Below are positions 1-6,526 of a stretch of 9,855 bases of DNA, one piece after another. The notes under the pieces are model-generated. The model was given only the letters and a program-made list of their open reading frames with translations. It searched no databases and was not told the DNA's origin. The stretch is from a virus (taxonomy: Duplodnaviria; Heunggongvirae; Uroviricota; Caudoviricetes): positions 1 through 9,855 of IMG/VR virus record IMGVR_UViG_2617270976_000011; one strand, 5' to 3'. Position 1 is the first letter of the stretch. Every line of letters begins with the position of its first letter. A program made the translations under genes and the position numbers.

Positions 1-996
1 TTATGGACGCATTATGGACATTCCTGACACCGGGTTAAGAGTCACAGCATCTTGTAAGAAATCCGGTGCAAAGTGTGCGTAGGTCATAGTTTGCTGAATG
101 TTAGAATGACCCAGGATGCGCTGCAATGTGATTATGTTACCTCCATTAATTATAAAATGTGTGGCAAATGTATGCCTCAAAACATGTACTGCTTGTCCGT
201 CAGGTAAATCGGGTTTTACTTCCCTGAGAGCGTTACGCACTTTGTAGTAACTGGCATTAAAAAGCCTGCCTGAATTTTTGGTCTTGATCCTTTTAATCAG
301 GTCCTGCGAAACGGGAATTGTCCTGCGCTTTCCGTTTTTAGTTTTCATAAACGTAACCATCTGGTTAATGATGTGTTCAGCTTTCAAATTAGACACTTCA
401 CTCCAGCGTCCACCAGTAGAAAGGCAGACTAGAGTTGCATTTAACTCATCACCATCAAGCATGGATAACAGCCGCGTAATCTCTTCACTGGACAAAAAAG
501 CCATTTCTGTAACAGCTTCACGTAACCGCTTAACCTCACGGAACGGGTTGTGAGAGTGGTATTCACCGGCGTCAATTAACTTGGTGAACATCCCGCTCAT
601 TATTGCCAGATGCCGATTTACGCTGGCTGGTTTTAGACCATCGTTCATCATTACAACTCGATAATCAGTTATCGTTTTCTTTGTTAACTGGTCAGCTCTG
701 GACACTCCCATTTCTGCAAATTTGGCGATTATTGTCGTCAAACGCCCCCGTTCAATATTTCCACGCTCATGTGATTTTCCGTGATATATCCACCATCTGC
801 CTAACAACTCTGTAAGAGTTCGGCGGTCGGCTGGCTTCTCCAGCCACTCTTTGTTGTGGTAGTTAACCAGCACATGACGTTCGAATGCTTGAGCTTCACC
901 TTTAGTTTTAAATTTCCGCCTGATACGTTTTCCATCTGCACCCTGCGGTCTGACGTCCACTTCATAACGACCATCATCGAGCTTTTTAATAGACAT
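1..996 (-). CDS. int: Phage tyrosine integrase, P2 family, complete (331 aa)
   Basis: Full-length minus-strand ORF. The C-terminal catalytic region has HxxR (HVLRHTFATHF) and a conserved Tyr (MTYAHFAPDF). The N-terminus MSIKKLDDGRYEV matches my recollection of P2 Int (337 aa). A GGAGGG Shine-Dalgarno lies just upstream of the ATG at 994-996. Confidence 0.9.
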   Translation of the reverse strand: MSIKKLDDGRYEVDVRPQGADGKRIRRKFKTKGEAQAFERHVLVNYHNKEWLEKPADRRTLTELLGRWWIYHGKSHERGNIERGRLTTIIAKFAEMGVSRADQLTKKTITDYRVVMMNDGLKPASVNRHLAIMSGMFTKLIDAGEYHSHNPFREVKRLREAVTEMAFLSSEEITRLLSMLDGDELNATLVCLSTGGRWSEVSNLKAEHIINQMVTFMKTKNGKRRTIPVSQDLIKRIKTKNSGRLFNASYYKVRNALREVKPDLPDGQAVHVLRHTFATHFIINGGNIITLQRILGHSNIQQTMTYAHFAPDFLQDAVTLNPVSGMSIMRP

Positions 997-1089
997 AAAG
1001 CCCTCCGATGACGCTGTTTACTTCTACTACTTGAAAATTAATGCAATTTTCTTTCGTACATTTACTGCACACATATGCTGAATAAATCG

Positions 1090-1401
1090 TCAGCCAGTCT
1101 TTTGGTCTGAGTGGTGCAAGGTTGTTGAGTCTTGCCCAATGTGCGCGAGCGCCGGGGCTATTTGTCCGCCAGCGGGATCAGTTTCATCAAACATGAACCA
1201 GTCACGGTACTTGCGAAATCTTTCTGGCTTGAAAAATTTCATACCTGCGTCAAAAGACATCTTTACTTTTCCCTGCTCATATCCAGCATAGGTGTTGTAG
1301 TTAATTCCAGTTAATTCAGCAACTTGCTTCCTTGTCATTCTTTCTGATTCCCGAATAAGTGCGAGTTTCTCTGCTTGAGATGTGATTTGTGTATTTGACA
1401 T
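1090..1401 (-). CDS. C: P2 C-type immunity repressor (about 103 aa)
   Basis: The track ORF (1090-1449) contains an internal Met at 1399-1401 that begins MSNTQITSQ, and its C-terminus GQIAPALAHIGQDSTTLHHSDQKTG matches my recollection of P2 C (99 aa). It lies immediately upstream of int on the same strand, as in P2. The 16 extra N-terminal codons in the track ORF are probably not translated. Confidence 0.8.
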   Translation of the reverse strand: MSNTQITSQAEKLALIRESERMTRKQVAELTGINYNTYAGYEQGKVKMSFDAGMKFFKPERFRKYRDWFMFDETDPAGGQIAPALAHIGQDSTTLHHSDQKTG

Positions 1402-1505
1402 GAATTGTCGTATCTCGTAATTTATGTTGTATGCGACACACCAGAACAACGCAGAGCGGCTTCAAATAGCTCTGGTTGAATGGCACCAAAGTTGAGGATA
1501 TCAAA
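1402..1505. promoter_or_regulatory. Immunity/early switch intergenic region between divergent C and cox starts (expected Pc/Pe promoters and repressor operators)
   Basis: 104-bp AT-rich spacer between the divergent start codons. It contains imperfect direct repeats TGTCGTAT (1406-1413) and TGTTGTAT (1425-1432). P2 C repressor is known to bind direct repeats; the specific sites here are not verified. Confidence 0.35.
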
Positions 1506-2690
1506 ATGAGTATTGGATCAGAAATGAATAACGATGTTGGAGAAAAAGTATCTGATCTCACAAAAAGTAAAAAATGTGACATCAAACTTGCAGCCGCACC
1601 GTCGGATTTGCTCTCGAAAGAGGGTTTTGCTCTTTACATCGGTAAGACGCCTCGCGCTGTTGCTGAAATGGCGAAAGCAGGCAAGTTACCAGCCTTTTAT
1701 ATGACGGACCCATTAAAGCCGGGCGGTCATGCTGAGTTATGGATTAACCGGGGCGGTGCTGCGGGGTATATCGCGAAATACATTTCAAAAAACATCGACG
1801 GCTATGCACTGGATGGTCAGCTCGATAACGACACCGGCAGGCCGCTGAAAGACACTGCCGCGGCTGTTACCGCATGGGCGTCAACGTGGCGCATTCCGCA
1901 ATTTAAAACGGTTGGCCTGCCGACAATGGGGGCTTACCGTGAACTACGCAAATTACCTCGCGGCGTCAGCATTGCTGATGAGTTTGACGAACGCGTCGAG
2001 GCTGCACGCGCTGCCGCAGACAGTGGCGATTTTGCGCTGTATATCAGCGCGCAGGGTGGGGCAAATGTCCCGCGCGATTGTCAGACTGTCAGGGTCGCCC
2101 GTAGTCCGTCGGATGAAGTTAACGAGTACGAGGAAGAAGTCGAGAGAGTGGTCGGCATTTACGCGCCGCATCTCGGCGCGCGTCATATTCATATCACCAG
2201 AACGACGGACTGGCGCATTGTTCCGAAAGTGCCGGTCGTTGAGCCTTTGACTTTAAAAAGCGGCATCGCCGCGCCTCGGAGTCCTGTCAATAACTGTGGA
2301 AAGCTTGCCGACGGTGGCGATCCAGTTATGACACCTACGCCGTCTGAGCATGCCGCAGCGGTGCTAAATCTTGTCGATGATGGGGTTATTGCATGGGATG
2401 ACCCCGAAGTTGTGACGGTGCTCAGGAGTGCATTAAAACACGGCGCGCCGCAGCAAAATCGACAGCAAAGAAGCGATGAGCCATTAAAATCGAATCAGAT
2501 AGCACCATCAGGGCGAATGACAAAAGCCGAGAGGGCTCAGATTCCGCGCATCCGCTTCGAACTGGCGCAGCAGGGTATCACGCCGCAGCGGTGGGAACTT
2601 CAGGCGCTGGCTCGTGGCGGAATAGTGGTTTATGGCGAAAAAAGATTTGTATACCCGATAGCGGACGAGTGGGTGAAGCATGAAGGGTGA
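1506..2690 (+). CDS. In-frame deletion fusion: Cox-like HTH N-terminus (about 80 aa) joined to the C-terminal ~310 aa of rolling-circle replication initiator gpA; probably a non-functional remnant
   Basis: The N-terminal segment FALYIGKTPRAVAEMAKAGKLPAFYMTDPLKPGGHAELWINR resembles P2 Cox. It runs directly into GYIAKYISKNIDGY, the paired-tyrosine (Y-x-x-x-Y) motif of phiX174/P2 A-type initiators. Gene B and the N-terminal ~450 aa of A are absent. A GAGGA Shine-Dalgarno precedes the ATG at 1506; the track ORF starts earlier at 1476. Confidence 0.7.
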   Translation: MSIGSEMNNDVGEKVSDLTKSKKCDIKLAAAPSDLLSKEGFALYIGKTPRAVAEMAKAGKLPAFYMTDPLKPGGHAELWINRGGAAGYIAKYISKNIDGYALDGQLDNDTGRPLKDTAAAVTAWASTWRIPQFKTVGLPTMGAYRELRKLPRGVSIADEFDERVEAARAAADSGDFALYISAQGGANVPRDCQTVRVARSPSDEVNEYEEEVERVVGIYAPHLGARHIHITRTTDWRIVPKVPVVEPLTLKSGIAAPRSPVNNCGKLADGGDPVMTPTPSEHAAAVLNLVDDGVIAWDDPEVVTVLRSALKHGAPQQNRQQRSDEPLKSNQIAPSGRMTKAERAQIPRIRFELAQQGITPQRWELQALARGGIVVYGEKRFVYPIADEWVKHEG

Positions 2691-2753
2691 TTTATATCCA
2701 TCTAAATCATGATGTTATGATGGCCGTGTGAGTTCTTTTCTGATTGGGGCTGC

Positions 2754-2928
2754 GTTCGACGGCTTGAAATGTTGTAAATGCTCATAATCTGGTTTAAAGT
2801 GTTTTTATGCCAACGACTAGGAGCATCTCCAGTCATAAATGTTGGCCTCTACAGGCCTTTATATAGTGTTGCTCTTGTACTGCCTTCTCTTTCGAGAGAA
2901 GGTATGTACAAGAAGTAAAGCCTGCGAA
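2754..2928 (+). ncRNA. Candidate retron msr-msd non-coding RNA (boundaries approximate)
   Basis: Non-coding leader directly upstream of, and co-oriented with, the RT gene. Candidate a1 TTCGACGGCTT (2754-2764) is complementary to candidate a2 AAGCCTGCGAA (2918-2928) at 9 of 11 positions, with a G immediately 3' of a1. A strong hairpin at 2876-2910 sits just 5' of a2, where an msd stem would be. Not confirmed by folding or covariance. Confidence 0.3.
2876..2910 (+). repeat. Inverted-repeat hairpin: 8-bp perfect core CCTTCTCT/AGAGAAGG with a TTCG (UUCG) tetraloop, extendable to about 15 pairs with one G-T wobble and a 1-nt bulge
   Basis: Read directly: 2883-2890 CCTTCTCT, loop 2891-2894 TTCG, 2895-2902 AGAGAAGG; outer arms TGTAC (2876-2880) and GTACA (2906-2910). 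Confidence 0.8.
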
Positions 2929-3016
2929 GGGAGGGTGTCTGGGGTGAGGAAAGACTGAGAGTTAAAGCATTCATCTTAGAATCCATTCAACTCAAAAAAC
3001 AAAAGCTCAGCCAACG

Positions 3017-4006
3017 ATGAAACCCCTTAGTCTCGAAAAAGCCTTCAATATTGCATTCTTCGAAAAAGATTCCTTTCAAAACTTTCTTTCGTTTGAACCA
3101 TTTCAACAAACTAAATTTATAACCTTTGATGAAAGGTTAATTGCTGAGCCCACTTCTAAACTAAAAGAGTATCACAAATTCATAAATGAATTTGTTCTTT
3201 CATACTTGAAAGTAAATAAGGATGTTGTGTTTTCGTATAGAAAAGGAAGCAGCACTTATGATGCAGTAAAACTTCACGCCTGTAGTAAGATATTCTTCAA
3301 TACTGATATTAAAAGCTTTTTCCCATCGATAACTCGTGAATATGCACGATCAGTTTTAGTTGATAACTTATCGAACGTTCCCATTTCCGATTTAAATATA
3401 CACTTGGATAAAATTTTAGATTATATTATTATCGATAATTCGTTGCCTGTAGGGTTCCCGACATCACCAGCTTTCAGCAATGCATGTTTATATGACTTTG
3501 ATGTTGAGATGCAGCAATATTGTATTAACCATGAATATATATTCACACGCTATTCAGATGATATTATTATTTCCTCTGAAAATGATGAGGGCTTTGAGAA
3601 TATTCATTCTGTAGTAAGTGACCTGCTGGGTGAGTTTGGGAAGGGACATTTCAAACTAAACTCAGCAAAAACTAAATTGATTAAAAAAGGCAGTAAGATT
3701 AAGCTGCTGGGGATGGTTATTTTACCGTCTCAGATAGTCTCTGTTGATATTAAAATAAAAAGAAAGCTTGAGCATTTGATTCATTTTTATGTAACGGATA
3801 AAGATAAATTTATAGATTCTATAATAAAAGATCCTAAGGTTAAAACTAGCGGATTGAATGATAGTGAGATCTTGGAAAAGGGCGTTAATACAGTTTCTGG
3901 TCTTTTGAATCATATAAACACAATTGATAAGAGTTATCTCGATAAGCTAAAGAGAAAATACGGAAATACGATTGTCGATATGCTTTTTTACAAGAATGTA
4001 AATTAA
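3017..4006 (+). CDS. Reverse transcriptase, retron-type (329 aa)
   Basis: RT motifs are in canonical order: SSTYDAVKLHA (NAxxH-like box, residues 78-88), DIKSFFPSI (motif A, 97-105), LPVGFPTSPAFSN (QG-P-SP box, 143-155), YSDD catalytic box (179-182, nt 3551-3562), LLGMVI (230-235). Small size, no maturase or endonuclease domain, a non-coding structured leader upstream and an effector gene downstream all fit a retron. AT-rich coding sequence. Confidence 0.85.
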   Translation: MKPLSLEKAFNIAFFEKDSFQNFLSFEPFQQTKFITFDERLIAEPTSKLKEYHKFINEFVLSYLKVNKDVVFSYRKGSSTYDAVKLHACSKIFFNTDIKSFFPSITREYARSVLVDNLSNVPISDLNIHLDKILDYIIIDNSLPVGFPTSPAFSNACLYDFDVEMQQYCINHEYIFTRYSDDIIISSENDEGFENIHSVVSDLLGEFGKGHFKLNSAKTKLIKKGSKIKLLGMVILPSQIVSVDIKIKRKLEHLIHFYVTDKDKFIDSIIKDPKVKTSGLNDSEILEKGVNTVSGLLNHINTIDKSYLDKLKRKYGNTIVDMLFYKNVN

Positions 4007-4007
4007 A

Positions 4008-5360
4008 ATGAAAATAAATATTGAGATCTCGAAAATCCAGCATGTTGAACATATGTCATTTGCTATTGATCTTTCTGAAAATAAACTGACTTGCATTGTA
4101 GGAAAGAACGGTGCTGGAAAGACAACGCTAATCAAAGCAATTAAAAATTTACAATCAGCAGATACATTCATAAAGACATCTTCTAGATATATATTCAATC
4201 CTGACAGTAGTATAGTATATAATATTAATGATCAAGATATAGTATATGTCTATGATGAGAATTTGAAGGTAATAGATACTAAGCAAATAATTCCAGCAGA
4301 TATAAAATCCAATCTTTATGTCGAGTTGCCCATTCCTCATGGAATGAGGTTCAATAACTTCCCAACACTTAGTAAAATTGATACTGAACTTAGAAAAAGT
4401 ATTGCGTTTGAAAGCTATAGCGTTCCCGAGGATTTGATAAATATACTCAATGAGGTATATCAGTCTTCTTCTTACAATAATCTTAAAGCATTTTCTGTAA
4501 AAAATGAAATTTTCTATTTCAGATTGAATGAGAACGGAACATACATAAGGGAGGATTACTTTAGCTCGGGTGAGTATTTTATTTTGAATTTATTTAGAAT
4601 GATTGAGCTCAAAAGAAAATTCATTGTCATAGATGAGATAGATATATCACTAGACTCTTCGGCGCAAGTCCATCTTATAGCAGTGCTAAGGAAATATTGT
4701 CAGAGACACTCGGTGAATATTGTATTCACAACACATTCACTTGCTTTAATGCAAACGCTGAATGATGATGAATTGTACTATATGTGCGAAGGTGATGCTG
4801 GAACTACAATTACAAATCGATCATATAATTATATAAAAAGTACGCTTTTTGGATTTAAAGGATGGGATAAGTACATTCTTACTGAAGATGAAGTTCTGCA
4901 AAATTTCTTAGAATATATAATTAATGCTCCTGGGAATGATTACTTCTACGAATATAAAATAATATATGTTGGTGGAGGAACTAATGTCATTGATTTAATG
5001 CGTCGTAATGAGAGAGAGAGCTTTCTCACGACTCAACAGAATGTGATCTCAGTGTTAGACGGAGATCAATTAGGTCAAAGGCATGCTCGAGGTGAAAATA
5101 TTTTATGCATACCTTTCCAAAGCGTTGAGAAGGATTTCTATCAAGCATACGGCCAAGATGAATCGATCCCGAGAGTTACAACTAGAGGTAACGATAAACT
5201 TGATAAGCAAGTTTATCGAGGGGTAGTGAAAACCTATGACAACGGCTGGGATGAAACTAGGATTTTTGAATACCTTGAGAGGTTAAAGCCTGATGAATGT
5301 GAGGCTTTCAGGCAAAAAATTAGAGCATTTCTCCAAAGAAATATTTCGGCAGAGGGTTGA
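4008..5360 (+). CDS. OLD-family ABC-type ATPase with C-terminal TOPRIM-like nuclease domain (450 aa); probable retron effector
   Basis: Walker A GKNGAGKTT (residues 32-40, nt 4101-4127), ABC-signature-like FSSGE (185-189), Walker B FIVIDEID (205-212), H-loop TTHS (241-244). The C-terminal half has TOPRIM-like acidic residues: ILTEDEV (Glu ~293) and VLDGDQ (DxD, 351-353). The ATG lies 1 nt after the RT stop (TAA 4004-4006, ATG 4008-4010). Confidence 0.8.
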   Translation: MKINIEISKIQHVEHMSFAIDLSENKLTCIVGKNGAGKTTLIKAIKNLQSADTFIKTSSRYIFNPDSSIVYNINDQDIVYVYDENLKVIDTKQIIPADIKSNLYVELPIPHGMRFNNFPTLSKIDTELRKSIAFESYSVPEDLINILNEVYQSSSYNNLKAFSVKNEIFYFRLNENGTYIREDYFSSGEYFILNLFRMIELKRKFIVIDEIDISLDSSAQVHLIAVLRKYCQRHSVNIVFTTHSLALMQTLNDDELYYMCEGDAGTTITNRSYNYIKSTLFGFKGWDKYILTEDEVLQNFLEYIINAPGNDYFYEYKIIYVGGGTNVIDLMRRNERESFLTTQQNVISVLDGDQLGQRHARGENILCIPFQSVEKDFYQAYGQDESIPRVTTRGNDKLDKQVYRGVVKTYDNGWDETRIFEYLERLKPDECEAFRQKIRAFLQRNISAEG

Positions 5361-5502
5361 ATATAAGCTTCGGGATCTCATGCCTCTCTATCTGCATGAA
5401 ATTGCATTTGATAATTCCTATTTTTCTCGTGAACTGTGTCACGTTAGGCGCAGCTCAGGGCTCATAATGCATCTGCATTAAAACCGCCCCACGAAGCGGG
5501 CG

Positions 5503-5521
5503 GGCGAGGCGGGGAAAGCAC
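5503..5521. other. Candidate P2-type cos cohesive-end sequence GGCGAGGCGGGGAAAGCAC
   Basis: The 19-mer matches my recollection of the P2 19-nt cohesive end. It sits in a GC-rich non-coding stretch between the cargo cassette and head/tail remnants, which is where cos lies in a P2 prophage (between old and Q). Identification is from memory, not a search. Confidence 0.5.
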
Positions 5522-5663
5522 TGCGCGCTGGCGGTGGTGCTGATTTTATTTTTTCAGCGTCTGAGCGCGTCGTGAAGGCGTTTACTTGGCCTGCTGGGGC
5601 GTTGGTGTGTCTGCGGGATTTTTTGTGCGGTGATGAGCGTGTGAGGGCGTGATGACAGGGTAT

Positions 5664-5685
5664 AAAAAAGCCGCCCGCAGGCGGC
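5664..5685 (-). terminator. Intrinsic terminator-like hairpin for leftward transcription (GCCGCC-TGCG-GGCGGC followed by TTTTTT on the minus strand)
   Basis: Plus strand shows AAAAAA (5664-5669), GCCGCC (5670-5675), CGCA loop, GGCGGC (5680-5685). This lies immediately downstream of the minus-strand ORF stop at 5691-5693. Confidence 0.55.
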
Positions 5686-5690
5686 GATGT

Positions 5691-6209
5691 TCAGCCGTTG
5701 TCAGTGTCCAGTGAGTAGTTTTTAAAGCGGATGACCTCCTGACCGAGCCAGCCGTTTATCTCGCGGATCCTGTCCTGTAGCGGGATAAGCTCATTGCGGA
5801 CAAAGACCTTTGCCACTTTCTCAATATCACCCAGCGACCCGACGTTCTCCGGCTTGCCTCCCATCAACTGAAAGGGGATGCGGTGCGCGTCCAGCAGGTC
5901 AGCGGCGCTGGCTTTTTTGATATTAAAAAAATCGTCCTTCGTTGCGACTTCACTGAGCGGGATAATTTTAATGCCGTCGGCTTTCCCCTGCGGGGCATAG
6001 AGAAACAGATTTTTAAAGTTGTTGCGGCCTTTCGACTTGACCATGTTTTCGCGAATACGGGATGCGTGACCGTTCAGCTCGCGCAGTGATTTTTGTGTTT
6101 CCCGGATATCCCCCGACAGCGACCTGCTCGCTGTACGGATGGATTTAAACGGGCGGGATGCCTGGTCAACAGCCCTGAGCAATACCTGTAATTTTACATT
6201 GTTACTCAT
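5691..6209 (-). CDS. Chimeric ORF (172 aa): N-terminal ~60 aa consistent with the start of tape-measure gene T, fused to a ~110-aa portal-like (gpQ-like) C-terminal segment
   Basis: Its ATG (6207-6209) overlaps the stop of the upstream E' frame (TAA 6203-6205) as ATGAGTAA, the position expected for the start of T after E/E'. The C-terminal part (AHRIPFQLMGG ... NELIPLQDRIREINGWL) resembles a conserved C-terminal portal motif. Its own frame is closed by a TGA 18 codons upstream of the ATG. Confidence 0.45.
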   Translation of the reverse strand: MSNNVKLQVLLRAVDQASRPFKSIRTASRSLSGDIRETQKSLRELNGHASRIRENMVKSKGRNNFKNLFLYAPQGKADGIKIIPLSEVATKDDFFNIKKASAADLLDAHRIPFQLMGGKPENVGSLGDIEKVAKVFVRNELIPLQDRIREINGWLGQEVIRFKNYSLDTDNG

Positions 6210-6491
6210 TCGTGTTTCCGCTTCGCCGGAGCGCCTTTTCGCGCCATGTGATGAGTTCGGTCAGGCTCATGGGATACAGTTCTGATGGCGGCCAGTGAAA
6301 TATCACAGCCACATCCGCCATCAGGTCATCGACCGAGAGATTTTTCGGAAACGTCACTGCACCGAGTTCGGCGACAAAAAACCGACCACCTTACCGGCCA
6401 GCGCCACAAGGTCAGGCAGTTCCAGCGCGGCGACTTCCTGCTCGGTCAGAACAGGTAAAGCTGCTGATAGCGACCGGAGGCCGTGGATTTT
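6203..6491 (-). pseudogene. 5'-truncated remnant of tail assembly chaperone genes E and E+E' (programmed -1 frameshift pair)
   Basis: Minus-strand frame 0 reads ...LTEQEVAALELPDLVALAGKVVGFLSPNSVQ-stop, with no start codon and an in-frame stop at 6492-6494. The -1 frame continues from the slippery site as FFVAELGAVTFPKNLSVDDLMADVAVIFHWPPSELYPMSLTELITWREKALRRSGNTNE-stop. Seven codons after the slip in frame 0 and a 58-codon extension fit the 91-aa and 142-aa sizes I recall for P2 E and E+E'. Confidence 0.5.
6375..6381 (-). other. -1 programmed ribosomal frameshift slippery heptamer T_TTT_TTG
   Basis: Plus strand is CAAAAAA at 6375-6381, i.e. TTTTTTG on the minus strand, positioned in frame as X_XXY_YYZ seven codons before the frame-0 stop. 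I recall the same heptamer as the P2 E/E' frameshift site. Confidence 0.5.
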
Positions 6492-6526
6492 TCACCGCGA
6501 CGGTTAAACACCTTCGCCGGTCGACC

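Noticed and set aside
278-815. Plus-strand ORFs 278-553 and 603-815 inside the integrase gene
   Set aside because: Antisense to a well-supported integrase CDS; low-complexity translations with no recognisable motifs.
1132-1585. ORFs 1132-1314 (+) and 1316-1585 (-) overlapping the repressor and the switch region
   Set aside because: Antisense or overlapping the C and cox coding regions; no RBS or motif support.
1912-2250. ORFs 1912-2250 (+) and 1953-2192 (-) nested in the A-derived region
   Set aside because: Alternative-frame or antisense ORFs within GC-rich coding sequence; Arg/Ser-rich translations typical of out-of-frame artefacts.
2693-2721. Possible sigma70 promoter (TATGAT -10 at 2716-2721) upstream of the candidate msr
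   Set aside because: The -35 is poor (TATATC) and several equally weak alternatives exist; not reportable without expression data.
2844-2857. Small hairpin GGCCT-CTAC-AGGCC followed by TTTATAT as a terminator after the A-derived ORF
   Set aside because: Only a 5-bp stem, about 150 nt past the stop; it could equally be part of the msr structure.
2811-3016. Direct repeat GCCAACGA at 2811-2818 and 3009-3016 as possible insertion target-site duplication
   Set aside because: Only 8 bp and both copies lie inside the leader rather than flanking the cassette; likely chance.
3017-4006. RT as a group II intron maturase or a diversity-generating retroelement RT
   Set aside because: No maturase (X) or endonuclease domain, no flanking intron RNA domains, and no pair of long near-identical template/variable repeats nearby. 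The protein is small and coupled to a nuclease effector.
3722-4340. Minus-strand ORFs 3722-3913, 3947-4198 and 4155-4340 within the RT and ATPase genes
   Set aside because: Antisense to strongly motif-supported genes; Ile/Tyr/Asn-rich products typical of AT-rich antisense frames.
4008-5360. Effector as a Septu-like ATPase plus HNH (the retron Ec78/Ec83 style)
   Set aside because: No HNH motif seen and there is only one effector gene. The C-terminal half has TOPRIM-like E and DxD residues instead.
5293-5481. ORF 5293-5481 (+) overlapping the ATPase 3' end and extending into the intergenic region
   Set aside because: Overlaps the ATPase in another frame, has no RBS or motifs. A small gene in 5361-5481 is not completely excluded.
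5883-6089. ORF 5883-6089 (+) antisense to the 172-aa minus-strand ORF
   Set aside because: The minus-strand frame carries the portal-like motif and the coupled start; this is the antisense artefact.
6295-6507. ORF 6295-6507 (+) and the open upstream extension (6299-6526) of the 909-aa frame
   Set aside because: This interval is better explained on the minus strand by the E/E' frames with their in-frame slippery heptamer. The plus-strand translation is Ser/Arg/Pro-rich with no start codon.
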